From an uncultured Candidatus Peribacteria bacterium (GTDB lineage Bacteria > Patescibacteriota > Gracilibacteria > UBA1369 > 2-02-FULL-48-14): 64,000 bases of DNA. The position numbers were made by a program, and so were the translations under genes. Under the pieces are notes generated by a model. It had not been told where the DNA came from. It saw nothing but the letters and a program-made list of their open reading frames with translations, and searched no databases. The stretch spans positions 5,731 through 69,730 of the forward strand of contig CAZUWE010000005.1 of NCBI GenBank assembly GCA_964624175.1, written 5' to 3'. This document shows, one piece after another, positions 17,611 through 26,246 of this stretch (position 1 is the stretch's first letter; every line of letters starts with the position of its first letter).

Positions 17611-19680
17611 ATGCCTCGTTTTGGGACAAAGGAATTATTGCTTGCAAGCGCTCTAGCAGTAACGGGTGCGGCAGAGGCTCAAGAACCAGCTTCTTCACCA
17701 AAGGACGGGATGTCTTTGCAAACCACACCTGTGAGTGAGTTGGAAGATATCCGTTTCATTGTTCGAAACGATACCCTTTCCTCCAAACCTACGCCCAAAC
17801 ATTTGGCAGATATAACTGAGCATGGATTTCATTACTATTTAGGTGACAGCATCTACTCTTCAGCAGGTCCCACATTCATTGTTTTCGATCGCGTTTATAA
17901 GTTCGATAACATGGTTGAAGGGACCATGGTAATGAGCCCCCTTCGTGAAGAGGACGGCGTTACCTGTTTAGCTGCTACTGAGTATGTAGATCAAATCAAC
18001 AGGGGCGGTGAAATTTACTATGTTATCTCACCGGCAAATATTCAGACCGTACAGTGTCCTGAAGATGCGTTGTCTCCAAATAAAGGAGAAGCAACAGTAT
18101 ATCCTTTGGAACCATTGGGTTTAGATGAAGACGAGCTACCAAAAGAACAGAACTTCTTCAACGTTAATCCAGAAGTGGTGAAGTCTGCCAGGATTATCCT
18201 GCCCAATAAACTCGGTTTAAAAGAAAGTGACTTAGATCCAAAGTTGGACACGCCCAATAACCTCATTGTACGGAATGCGAAGGGAGTACATGTGTATGAA
18301 AAGTATGATTTGGTAGAATACGATGAATCCAATGGACGGATGGTGGTTGTCCGGGCGGGTGAGGAAAAAAGCAAGACCCAAGAGTGCAAAGTTTCTATTA
18401 TATACACAGATACCTTTGTAAAAGACGGACAACGTTATTTTGTTTTTCCAGACGATTTTCGTACGGCCACACTCACCTGTGAACAAGCCGTTCATTCACC
18501 TGCCTCATTAGCTGAAGTACCTGAGGAAAGCCAAGAGGCGAAGCCCAAAAAAACTGAATTTAAACCTGAACTTTCTGCCGGCTTAATGGCTGGAGTGGAC
18601 ATGGAAGAAACCAGCACTGCGAACTTGGGTCAATCGGTTGCAGGACTTGGTTTTGTGGTTGCACAACCATTCAATAGTGTCCCTGTAGCGGCGGGAATTA
18701 GCGCAGAAGGCATTTTTTCTGAAGCTGGATCCGGTGTAGAAGGCGTGAATGGTGCTATTGGTTATAAAGGCAATCGACTCGCTGCATACTTAACGGTGGG
18801 CTCAAGTTTTGAACCGCGTAAACCGGGCTCCGCACTGGATGGGGCGCTATCAGTAGGAACCTTGGTTCAAGGCACAATTCTTCAAAAGGGTCCATGGAAT
18901 GTGGACTGTGGAGTGACCGCTGAACTTCATCTATACGGTGGAGGTGCATTGCCACTCAATGTGGCTGCTTTATGTGGGGTGAGTCGTGAGTTTATAATAA
19001 CTATGGAGCCTAAACCTCAAGACAATCCCGTACCTGTAGTTCCAGAAACTGTGCAGGCTCCTAAAGCCCCTTTGACCATTACTGTTAAGGATAAAGTTCC
19101 TTCTGAAGGGCCTCGCAAGGCTCCTAAGTGGAAAGGTGAGGCGCCAAGTGCAGACGCGAGGTTCTATGACAGTCGCACAGCTTTAGAGCGGAACTTAATG
19201 GGATACAATAAGTTTGGGGTGAATATCCCTGCGGGAAGCTACTTACCTGCTTATAGGGCTTTTCTTACAATGGAGGAAAGTGGATACAACCTAACGGCAG
19301 ATGACTTTATTAATGGTGCTTCAGCGGCGAGAGGGCTGGGGAATGTCACTGAAATGCAGCGAATTTTGGAAACTGGAATTGCAGTTTACCCAGATAATCA
19401 AAAGATTAAACAATGGCTCGACTCCTATTATCCAAACTACTCATGGCTTCAGCTAACCGTACCAGAAGACGCCTCTAAGCTAACAGTAGAGTTTTTAGGC
19501 GATAGTTTTGATCCTGCTGTACGAGCTGCACTAGCCTACTTAAATGAAAAGGTCTTAACTACACCAGGAAAGTATCAACTTTCACTGCCCAATGGCGAGT
19601 ATGTGATTGGAGGTGAACATTTTATAATTCAAGAGAGTAAAACCGTGGTGATTAAGATTAAAGAGACTTCCGAGCGCTAA
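17611..19680 (+). CDS. Large secreted hypothetical protein with an internal duplication and a Gly/Ala-rich beta-like middle region
   Basis: Signal peptide LLLASALAVTGAAEAQE. There are two related modules: GVTCLAATEYVDQINRGGEIYYVISPANIQTVQCPEDA, and ECKVSIIYTDTFVKDGQRYFVFPDDFRTATLTCEQA. The region around residues 320-460 is G/A/V-rich. Confidence 0.7.
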   Translation: MPRFGTKELLLASALAVTGAAEAQEPASSPKDGMSLQTTPVSELEDIRFIVRNDTLSSKPTPKHLADITEHGFHYYLGDSIYSSAGPTFIVFDRVYKFDNMVEGTMVMSPLREEDGVTCLAATEYVDQINRGGEIYYVISPANIQTVQCPEDALSPNKGEATVYPLEPLGLDEDELPKEQNFFNVNPEVVKSARIILPNKLGLKESDLDPKLDTPNNLIVRNAKGVHVYEKYDLVEYDESNGRMVVVRAGEEKSKTQECKVSIIYTDTFVKDGQRYFVFPDDFRTATLTCEQAVHSPASLAEVPEESQEAKPKKTEFKPELSAGLMAGVDMEETSTANLGQSVAGLGFVVAQPFNSVPVAAGISAEGIFSEAGSGVEGVNGAIGYKGNRLAAYLTVGSSFEPRKPGSALDGALSVGTLVQGTILQKGPWNVDCGVTAELHLYGGGALPLNVAALCGVSREFIITMEPKPQDNPVPVVPETVQAPKAPLTITVKDKVPSEGPRKAPKWKGEAPSADARFYDSRTALERNLMGYNKFGVNIPAGSYLPAYRAFLTMEESGYNLTADDFINGASAARGLGNVTEMQRILETGIAVYPDNQKIKQWLDSYYPNYSWLQLTVPEDASKLTVEFLGDSFDPAVRAALAYLNEKVLTTPGKYQLSLPNGEYVIGGEHFIIQESKTVVIKIKETSER

Positions 19681-19717
19681 AAACTTGTGCTATAAGAAGC
19701 AGGATTAACCCCTTGCC

Positions 19718-20644
19718 ATGCATTTCGCAGACCGATTGACCGCCGCTATGAAACAGAAGAATAGCGTTGTTTGTGTGGGACTCGACCCGCAAGCCGCTAA
19801 ACTGCCAGCCTTTTTGTTGAAGCAAGCTCAAGAAGAGAATGGGACCACTTTGAAAGCCATGGCAGAGGCCTATCTGGAATTCAACAAAGGGATCATAGAT
19901 GCCGTTAAGGACTTAGTGCCAGCCGTAAAGCCACAGCTTGCATTTTACGAAGAGCTGGGAAGCGACGGAATCTGGGCCTTTGAACAGACCTGCAAATATG
20001 CGCGCGAAGCTGGCCTCATTGTGATTGTGGACGGAAAGCGGAACGATATTGGGTCTACTGCGGAGGCGTATGCAAATGCCTTTTTAGGTGGAGTGACTGT
20101 ATTTGGCGAGAAGAAGTATGCTGTGGAAGCGGACGCGCTCACAGTGAATGGATACCTGGGATTTGATGGAATCCGTCCTTTTATTAAAGCGTGTGAGGCA
20201 GAGGGGAAAGGAATCTTTGTACTTGTTCGGACCAGCAATCCTTCCAGCGGAGATTTGCAGGAACGAGTGACGGCCGAGGAACAAATGAGCATCGCGGAGC
20301 TTATGGGAAGCTTTGTGGAATCATGGGGAAGCGACTACGTGGGCGAGTGCGGCTATGGATTTGTAGGAGCGGTGGTGGGAGCTACGTATCCTGCAGAAGC
20401 AGCGAAACTGCGAAAAATCATGCCTAACTCAATCTTCCTCGTGCCTGGCTATGGTGCCCAGGGAGGCACTGCAGCAGACACCAAACCTTGCTTCGACGAA
20501 AATGGATTTGGAGCGCTCATTGTGAGCGCGCGCGGTATCATTTATGCGTTTGCCGATGGTACGGACAAGGAAGGAAAAAACTATGCAGAGGCAGCGCGGG
20601 CAGCCACTATTAAAATGAACGCAGAGCTCAATTCAGTTCGTTAA
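19718..20644 (+). CDS. pyrF: Orotidine 5'-phosphate decarboxylase (long, type 2 form)
   Basis: VCVGLDP, KPQLAFYE, IVDGKRNDIGSTAEAY and PGYGAQGG motifs are present. Confidence 0.9.
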   Translation: MHFADRLTAAMKQKNSVVCVGLDPQAAKLPAFLLKQAQEENGTTLKAMAEAYLEFNKGIIDAVKDLVPAVKPQLAFYEELGSDGIWAFEQTCKYAREAGLIVIVDGKRNDIGSTAEAYANAFLGGVTVFGEKKYAVEADALTVNGYLGFDGIRPFIKACEAEGKGIFVLVRTSNPSSGDLQERVTAEEQMSIAELMGSFVESWGSDYVGECGYGFVGAVVGATYPAEAAKLRKIMPNSIFLVPGYGAQGGTAADTKPCFDENGFGALIVSARGIIYAFADGTDKEGKNYAEAARAATIKMNAELNSVR

Positions 20645-21404
20645 AGAGCTTCCGCCATTCGTCCATAGTGAGGTCTTCAGCACGGATATCGGGGTTGATT
20701 TCAAGCTTCACCAAAATGTCTCGAATTTCTCCTGTGGTGCGGCGGAGCGCGCTCGATAAATTGTTGGTCAGTTTTTTACGTTTCTGAGCAAAGCTAACGT
20801 GAAAAAGCCAGAAGAGTTTTTTGAGATCGCCTTTTATTTTGGGGTCACTGTGCACACGAATTTTAATCACCGCGGAGTCCACTTGCGGCGCTGGTCTAAA
20901 GGCGTGCCGTGGCACGATGCACACCAGCTCCGGCTCGCCAAAGAGATGTACTTGCAGGGAAAGTACCGAATGTTTTTCCTTCTTCGCGATCACTTTCTCC
21001 GCCACTTCTTTTTGCACCATCAGCACCAGCAAGCTTGGGGGATGGCCACCCTCAAACTGCTCCAGTAAAAAGTGGTTTAAAATAGGCGAGGTGATGTAGT
21101 AGGGAATGTTTGCAATGAGTTTATATGGTTCGTGTGGCGGCTCGTAACGGAGCGCATCCATGTGGAGCAACGTGAAGTTTTTGTAGGTGAGGTAGCCAGC
21201 TTTCAGTCCAGGGATCAGGTCGTCATCCAATTCCACGGCAATCACTTTGCCGGCTCGCTCAACCAGTTCATCCGTCAAAAAGCCACGTCCGGGCCCGATT
21301 TCTACCACGGTGTCGCTGGTGCTCAGCTCGCTCGCTTCCAGAATATTTTTAAGCACACCAGGGTCTTGGAGAAAATTTTGGCCGAGATGTTTTTTTGCTT
21401 TCAC
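20628..21404 (-). CDS. rsmA: 16S rRNA (adenine1518/1519-N6)-dimethyltransferase
   Basis: KKHLGQNFLQD, VVEIGPGRGFLT and LIANIPYYITSPI motifs are present. The GTG start overlaps the upstream stop (GTGA). Confidence 0.92.
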   Translation of the reverse strand: MKAKKHLGQNFLQDPGVLKNILEASELSTSDTVVEIGPGRGFLTDELVERAGKVIAVELDDDLIPGLKAGYLTYKNFTLLHMDALRYEPPHEPYKLIANIPYYITSPILNHFLLEQFEGGHPPSLLVLMVQKEVAEKVIAKKEKHSVLSLQVHLFGEPELVCIVPRHAFRPAPQVDSAVIKIRVHSDPKIKGDLKKLFWLFHVSFAQKRKKLTNNLSSALRRTTGEIRDILVKLEINPDIRAEDLTMDEWRKLFNELN

Positions 21405-21640
21405 CAGGGAAGGGTTAGGTCTGGAAGTTTAACGAGTTTTCTTGGGTCGGTAAAGCCGCTCACAATCTGAATATCTTCTTTACTTAGGTCTAGAGCATCC
21501 GCTAGAAAGCGCTGCAGTTCCGCATTGGCCTCACCGTTCTCAGGTATGGCTTTCAGACGGATTTTAAGTGTGCCATCCGCCATGCGGCCGACTATTTCAC
21601 TCTTCTTAGATCGAGGGATCACTTTAATGGCAAGATGCAT
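21401..21640 (-). CDS. DUF167 / YggU-family small protein
   Basis: I take the start MHLAIKVIPRSKKSEIVG...LKIRLKAIPENGEANAEL..FLA at 21640; its ATG shares one base with the ATPase TGA (TGATG). The longer track ORF to 21721 would overlap the ATPase coding region. Confidence 0.7.
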   Translation of the reverse strand: MHLAIKVIPRSKKSEIVGRMADGTLKIRLKAIPENGEANAELQRFLADALDLSKEDIQIVSGFTDPRKLVKLPDLTLPW

Positions 21641-24252
21641 CACACGTGAGTTGAATTGGGTTGGAATTTCTTCCACACTTCGATGATCAGCATACACGCA
21701 GCCGCAAGCCCTGCAATCCATATCCAGTCGCTTCGTGAAAGAGGGTAGGTTTTTAGCACTTCTTGAAAGAAAGGATTGTAAAGTGCAAGCATTTGCAGAC
21801 CAAAGCTAAACACCACGCTAAGCAGCAAAAATTTGTTTTTGAACAAGCTTGTGAAGTAGTGCTTATCGGGGTAGCGGATGGCAAACACCAGCAAGAGTTC
21901 AAAAACCACGATGCTGGTGAAAACGATGGTTCTGGTGTGCTCTAGTGTGTACTCATTCAGGGCCACAAAGTAGAGGTAGAGTGAGGTTGCGGAAGAAAGG
22001 AATCCGGCCAGCAAACTAAATACGATGAGGTCTTTGAAGATACTTTGTTTGGGGTCACGAGGACGAAGGGTCATGATGTCTTTTTCGCCGCTATCCATTC
22101 CCAGCGCCAGAGCGGGGAAGGCGTCGGTGAGCAAATTCACCCACAGAATTTGAAGTGGTAAGAAGGGAATTGGCAGGTTGAGAAGGAAGGTAACGCAGAC
22201 CAAAATAACTGCCGAGAAATTGGCACTTAAGAGGAAGCGTACGAACTTTTTAATGTTGCGATAGATGGTGCGTCCAATTTCCACGGTAGATACAATGGTC
22301 GCAAAGTTGTCGTCCATCAGCACCATATCGCTAGCTTCTTTTGAAACATCGGTGCCTGTGATTCCCATAGCCACCCCAATGTCGGCCCGCTTAAGGGCTG
22401 GGGCGTCATTCACGCCGTCACCGGTCATGGAAACAGTATGGCCACGCTTTTGTAATGCCTCTAGAATTTTCACTTTGTCTGAAGGGTTTACGCGGGCATA
22501 AATGCTCACTTGCTCTACTACGCTCGCGAGTTTTGAGACGCTCATTTTTTGAAGTTCAGCTCCGGTGAGTACCAGGTCGCCTTCGTTATAAAGCCCAATT
22601 TCTTTACCAATGGCCTTAGCAGTTAAGGCATGATCGCCGGTGATCATCACGGTCTTGATGTGGGCATTTTTACAGATTTGAATAGCTGCTTTTACCTCAG
22701 GACGGGGTGGGTCGATCATGGCGGCGAGCCCCAAGAAAACCAGCTCTTCTTCCATGGCTTTGACCGATTTTCGGTACGCAAATCCGAGCACGCGGTAAGC
22801 CTGCTTAGCGAGCTCTTCAGTCTTTTTTAGGATTTTCTTTTTCTGGTCAGCAGTGAGTTTCACAACTTTGCCCTCTAGTTGGATGTGGCTGCAAATTTCG
22901 AGGATGCCATCGGGCGACCCTTTGGTGTACAAGGTGCCTTTATTCAAAGTGGACATTCGTTTTCGATCTGAATCGAAGACGAGCTCTTCCTCGCGTGGGT
23001 ACTGTTTGTCGAGTTTATCGAGGTTGATGCCTGCCTTACGTGCCAAGGTTAGCAAGGCGCCTTCGGTAGGGTCTCCGCTGATGGTCCACTTTTTCCCGTT
23101 TTGAAAGAGTGCGGCATTGTTGCAGAGTGCTGCGGTGCGGATGAGTAGTTCCATTTCATCGTCTTCAACGGGTACTTCCTCTTTGGGAGCATACCCAATT
23201 CCAGGAATCTCAATAGCGCGACCGTTCACCCAAATCACTTTCACGGTCATTTCATTTTGAGTGAGCGTGCCGGTTTTGTCTGTGCAAATGGTGCTTACAC
23301 TCCCCAGCGTTTCGGCGGCGGCTAGTTTACGCACAATGGCGTTTTGCTTTGCGATGCGTTGGACACCCAGCGCGAGAGTTAAGGTAATAACAGCGGGTAG
23401 TCCTTCCGGTATGACGCTCACTGCCAAACTAATGCTCAGCAAAAACATTTCCAGTAGATCCCGACCCGTGAGTAGCGACAGCAAAAACATCGCAGCGGCG
23501 GTCGCAACCACAATCACCGCGAGCACTTTGCTCAATTGATTGAGCTGCTTTTGTAGGGGAGTGAGCTCATTTTGTTCCATCTGCACCATGGTGGCGATTT
23601 TTCCAAACTCAGTACCCATTCCAGTCTCTACTACCACGCCAAGTCCATGTCCTTGGCTCACCACCGTTCCCAAAAAGGTGCGATTTTTTTGATCCCCTAG
23701 ACCCGTCACTTGCTTGGGCAAAGTCAGGGATTTTTCTACCGACAAACTTTCCCCTGTTAAACTCGATTCAATGCAGTGCAGCTGAGCCACTTCAATCAAG
23801 CGAAGATCGGCCGGAACTTGTGCTCCTTCTTCTAAAATCACAATGTCTCCAGGGACCAGTTCCTTGGCATTGATCTTTTGAAGCTCGCCGTCACGTCGAA
23901 CTAGGGCATAAGGAGCGGTCATTTTGCGTAAGGCTTCGATGGCTTTTTCTGCTTTATACTCCTGCAAAAATCCCACGGTGGCATTGATAGCGATAATTAT
24001 CCCAATAGCAATCGCATCCAGTTCCTCTTTCGCCAAGATGCTGACCACCATGGCCGCCATCAAAATGATTACCATTATATTGATGAACTGGCTCAGCAAA
24101 ATTTTGTACCAGGGTGTTCCATCATTTGCCTTGATTTCATTCAAACCAAACCGCTTCAGCCGGTTTCGGGCCTCGCTGGAGCTAAGGCCTTTTTCGGAGC
24201 TCTCAAGTTTCTTGAGCACGGTATGGAGTGGCGGCGTGGACCAATCGTTCAT
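21640..24252 (-). CDS. P-type cation-transporting ATPase (type IIA, Ca2+-ATPase-like)
   Basis: Motifs: ICTDKTGTLTQN phosphorylation site, SLTGES, PEGLPAVITLTLALG, MITGDH, MTGDGVNDAPALKRADIG. About 10 predicted TM segments. Confidence 0.9.
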   Translation of the reverse strand: MNDWSTPPLHTVLKKLESSEKGLSSSEARNRLKRFGLNEIKANDGTPWYKILLSQFINIMVIILMAAMVVSILAKEELDAIAIGIIIAINATVGFLQEYKAEKAIEALRKMTAPYALVRRDGELQKINAKELVPGDIVILEEGAQVPADLRLIEVAQLHCIESSLTGESLSVEKSLTLPKQVTGLGDQKNRTFLGTVVSQGHGLGVVVETGMGTEFGKIATMVQMEQNELTPLQKQLNQLSKVLAVIVVATAAAMFLLSLLTGRDLLEMFLLSISLAVSVIPEGLPAVITLTLALGVQRIAKQNAIVRKLAAAETLGSVSTICTDKTGTLTQNEMTVKVIWVNGRAIEIPGIGYAPKEEVPVEDDEMELLIRTAALCNNAALFQNGKKWTISGDPTEGALLTLARKAGINLDKLDKQYPREEELVFDSDRKRMSTLNKGTLYTKGSPDGILEICSHIQLEGKVVKLTADQKKKILKKTEELAKQAYRVLGFAYRKSVKAMEEELVFLGLAAMIDPPRPEVKAAIQICKNAHIKTVMITGDHALTAKAIGKEIGLYNEGDLVLTGAELQKMSVSKLASVVEQVSIYARVNPSDKVKILEALQKRGHTVSMTGDGVNDAPALKRADIGVAMGITGTDVSKEASDMVLMDDNFATIVSTVEIGRTIYRNIKKFVRFLLSANFSAVILVCVTFLLNLPIPFLPLQILWVNLLTDAFPALALGMDSGEKDIMTLRPRDPKQSIFKDLIVFSLLAGFLSSATSLYLYFVALNEYTLEHTRTIVFTSIVVFELLLVFAIRYPDKHYFTSLFKNKFLLLSVVFSFGLQMLALYNPFFQEVLKTYPLSRSDWIWIAGLAAACMLIIEVWKKFQPNSTHV

Positions 24253-24902
24253 TCGGGAAGTTTAAGTTTACTTTTGCGCCAGCGGGCGATTTCGGCATGG
24301 TTGCCGCTGAGCAGTACTTCTGGAACTTCGAGCCCCTCATACACCGCTGGCTTGGTGTAGTGAGGATATTCCAGCATGCGCCCGGTGGCTTCACTAAACG
24401 ATTCTTCCTGCGCGCTTTCGTCGTCGCCCAGCACTCCAGGAATCAGGCGCGCCACCGCGTCCACAATGCAGAGAGCAGGTAGTTCGCCTCCCGTCAGTAC
24501 AAAATCACCCAGAGAAATTTCCTCATCCACTAGTTCATCGATCACACGTTGATCGATTCCTTCGTAGCGCCCGCACAGCAAGATCATTTCTTTCGTTTTA
24601 GACAGCGCCTCCGCGCGCAGCTGAGTGAAACGCTTACCCGTGGGGGAAACAAAGATCACAGGGCCTTTATTCGCCTTTTTTACGGCTTTAATTGCGTCAA
24701 ATAGGGGCTGACAGGCCATCACCATGCCGGCGCCGCCTCCGTACGGCGTATCGTCTACTTTTTTGTGACGGCTTTGGCTGTACTCGCGAATGTCATGCAC
24801 ATGCACCTCAATTTTCTTGTCTTCAATGGCTCGCTTAAGAATCGAGTCCTCAAAGTAAGGCTGAACCAGGGAGGGGAAGATGGTGAGAATATCAAAACGC
24901 AT
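24249..24902 (-). CDS. trmD: tRNA (guanine37-N1)-methyltransferase
   Basis: MRFDILTIFP, DDTPYGGGAGMV, CGRYEGIDQRV and LTGGELPA motifs are present. The stop overlaps the ATPase start (ATGA). Confidence 0.93.
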   Translation of the reverse strand: MRFDILTIFPSLVQPYFEDSILKRAIEDKKIEVHVHDIREYSQSRHKKVDDTPYGGGAGMVMACQPLFDAIKAVKKANKGPVIFVSPTGKRFTQLRAEALSKTKEMILLCGRYEGIDQRVIDELVDEEISLGDFVLTGGELPALCIVDAVARLIPGVLGDDESAQEESFSEATGRMLEYPHYTKPAVYEGLEVPEVLLSGNHAEIARWRKSKLKLPE

Positions 24903-24923
24903 AGTGAGCCCAGTTTAACCTAC

Positions 24924-24950
24924 AAAAAAGACCCCAGGAAGGGGTCTTTG
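24924..24950 (-). terminator. Rho-independent terminator after rpsI
   Basis: The minus strand reads AAAGACCCC-TTCC-TGGGGTCTTTTTTGT. Two further small hairpins lie between it and the rpsI stop. Confidence 0.65.
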
Positions 24951-25005
24951 TAAGTTGAAATACTTGTCCCGGCAAGAACAGGGACGGACTGGGCTTCGCC
25001 CAGCG

Positions 25006-25416
25006 TTAACGCTTGCTGAACTGTGGAGCACGGCGAGCCTTGTGGAGACCGAATTTCTTTCGTTCCTTGATACGGCTGTCTCGAGTGAGGAATCCTTCTG
25101 GCTTGAGAGTAGCTCGGTTGTCACCGTCTACTTCGAGGAGAGCCTTAGCGATTCCATGACGAACGGCTTCAGCTTGTCCACGCTTTCCTCCACCTTCCAC
25201 CATAGCGGAAATGTCGAAGTTCTTTTCAGCGTGTACCAAGGCAAGAGGAGCCATGAGTACGTTCACCATTTCATCCGTTCCAAAGTATTCACGAGCATCT
25301 TTTCCGTTCACTACCACTCGTCCGTTCCCTTTGTAGAGACGAACACGCGCTACAGCAGCTTTACGCTTTCCGTTAGCGTAGAAGTAGGTTCCGTTGAAAG
25401 TCATTGCATCTGCCAT
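25006..25416 (-). CDS. rpsI: 30S ribosomal protein S9
   Basis: GGGKRGQAEAVRHGIAKAL and the C-terminal KARRAPQFSKR. Confidence 0.95.
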   Translation of the reverse strand: MADAMTFNGTYFYANGKRKAAVARVRLYKGNGRVVVNGKDAREYFGTDEMVNVLMAPLALVHAEKNFDISAMVEGGGKRGQAEAVRHGIAKALLEVDGDNRATLKPEGFLTRDSRIKERKKFGLHKARRAPQFSKR

Positions 25417-25419
25417 TGT

Positions 25420-25863
25420 TTACTTGAGCGTTAAAGGTTTTGGATTTTGTCCATTGTGAGGATGTTCCGTTCCAGCATATACGTGGAGTTTTTCAACTGC
25501 GTATTGGCGGATTCGGTTTCGAGGGATCATTCCAGTTACGGCGAGCTCGATCATGCGAGTAGGCTTTTCAGCGCGCATCTTTCCAGCTGCTTTAACCTTA
25601 AGTCCTCCGCGGTATCCCGTGTGAGAAATGTACTCTTTCTTGAGCTCCTTATTTCCGGTGAGCACCACCTTGTCTGCATTGATCACAATCACGTGATCTC
25701 CACAGTTGAGGGAAGGGTGCCAAGAAGGCTTGTGCTTTCCGCGAACCATATCAGCAACCTTGGTTGCGATTTGTCCGAGAACGAGCCCTTCTGCATCCAG
25801 AATGAACCACTGTTCAGTAGCGTTCATTTCCTTCGATTTTGGGTGAGTCGTAGTTTGCTTCAT
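25420..25863 (-). CDS. rplM: 50S ribosomal protein L13
   Basis: WFILDAEGLVLGQIATKVADMVRGKHKPSWHP. A short N-terminal extension is possible, with an alternative start at MNATEQW. Confidence 0.93.
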   Translation of the reverse strand: MKQTTTHPKSKEMNATEQWFILDAEGLVLGQIATKVADMVRGKHKPSWHPSLNCGDHVIVINADKVVLTGNKELKKEYISHTGYRGGLKVKAAGKMRAEKPTRMIELAVTGMIPRNRIRQYAVEKLHVYAGTEHPHNGQNPKPLTLK

Positions 25864-25865
25864 AA

Positions 25866-26222
25866 TTAGTCAACGAGTTGAATAGATACCATTTCCGCTG
25901 CATCTCCGGCGCGGAACCCGAGCTTAACGATACGGGTATAACCTCCGTTTCGTTCCTTGTAACGTTCCTTGAGAACTTCCACGAGTTTCTTTCCTGCATT
26001 AGGATCTTGAACCACTTGGTTGATCTGACGAATAGCAGCCACAGGAGTCTTGGTCTTCGCCTTCGTAATAAGGTCTTCCACGATAGGGCGTACTTGTTTA
26101 GCACGTCCAACAGTGGTTTTCACTTTTTCGAAGAGAATCACAGAGGTCGCGAGGTTGCGCAGCAGCGCTTCGCGATGGTCCCGCTGCATGTTCATTTTGA
26201 GATTTTTCTTTCGATGTCGCAT
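25866..26222 (-). CDS. rplQ: 50S ribosomal protein L17
   Basis: MRHRKKNLKMNMQRDHREALLRNLATS...GGYTRIVKLGFRAGD. Confidence 0.95.
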   Translation of the reverse strand: MRHRKKNLKMNMQRDHREALLRNLATSVILFEKVKTTVGRAKQVRPIVEDLITKAKTKTPVAAIRQINQVVQDPNAGKKLVEVLKERYKERNGGYTRIVKLGFRAGDAAEMVSIQLVD

Positions 26223-26246
26223 AAAAGGGTTTTGATCCTAAAGGAG

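Noticed and set aside
21640-21642. Possible alternative genetic code (TGA as a sense codon, as in Gracilibacteria or Absconditabacteria).
   Set aside because: TGA terminates well-conserved proteins at their expected lengths. It also forms canonical ATGA/TGATG coupling junctions (P-type ATPase/DUF167, trmD/ATPase, CaCA/rpoC, infA/rpmJ, pyrB/pyrC). No conserved gene needs read-through of TGA.
24951-25005. Clustered small hairpins after rpsI, considered as a possible tRNA or small RNA.
   Set aside because: The sequence cannot be folded into a cloverleaf: there is no T-loop GTTCRANNC and no acceptor pairing. It is better explained as stem-loops preceding the rpsI terminator at 24924..24950.
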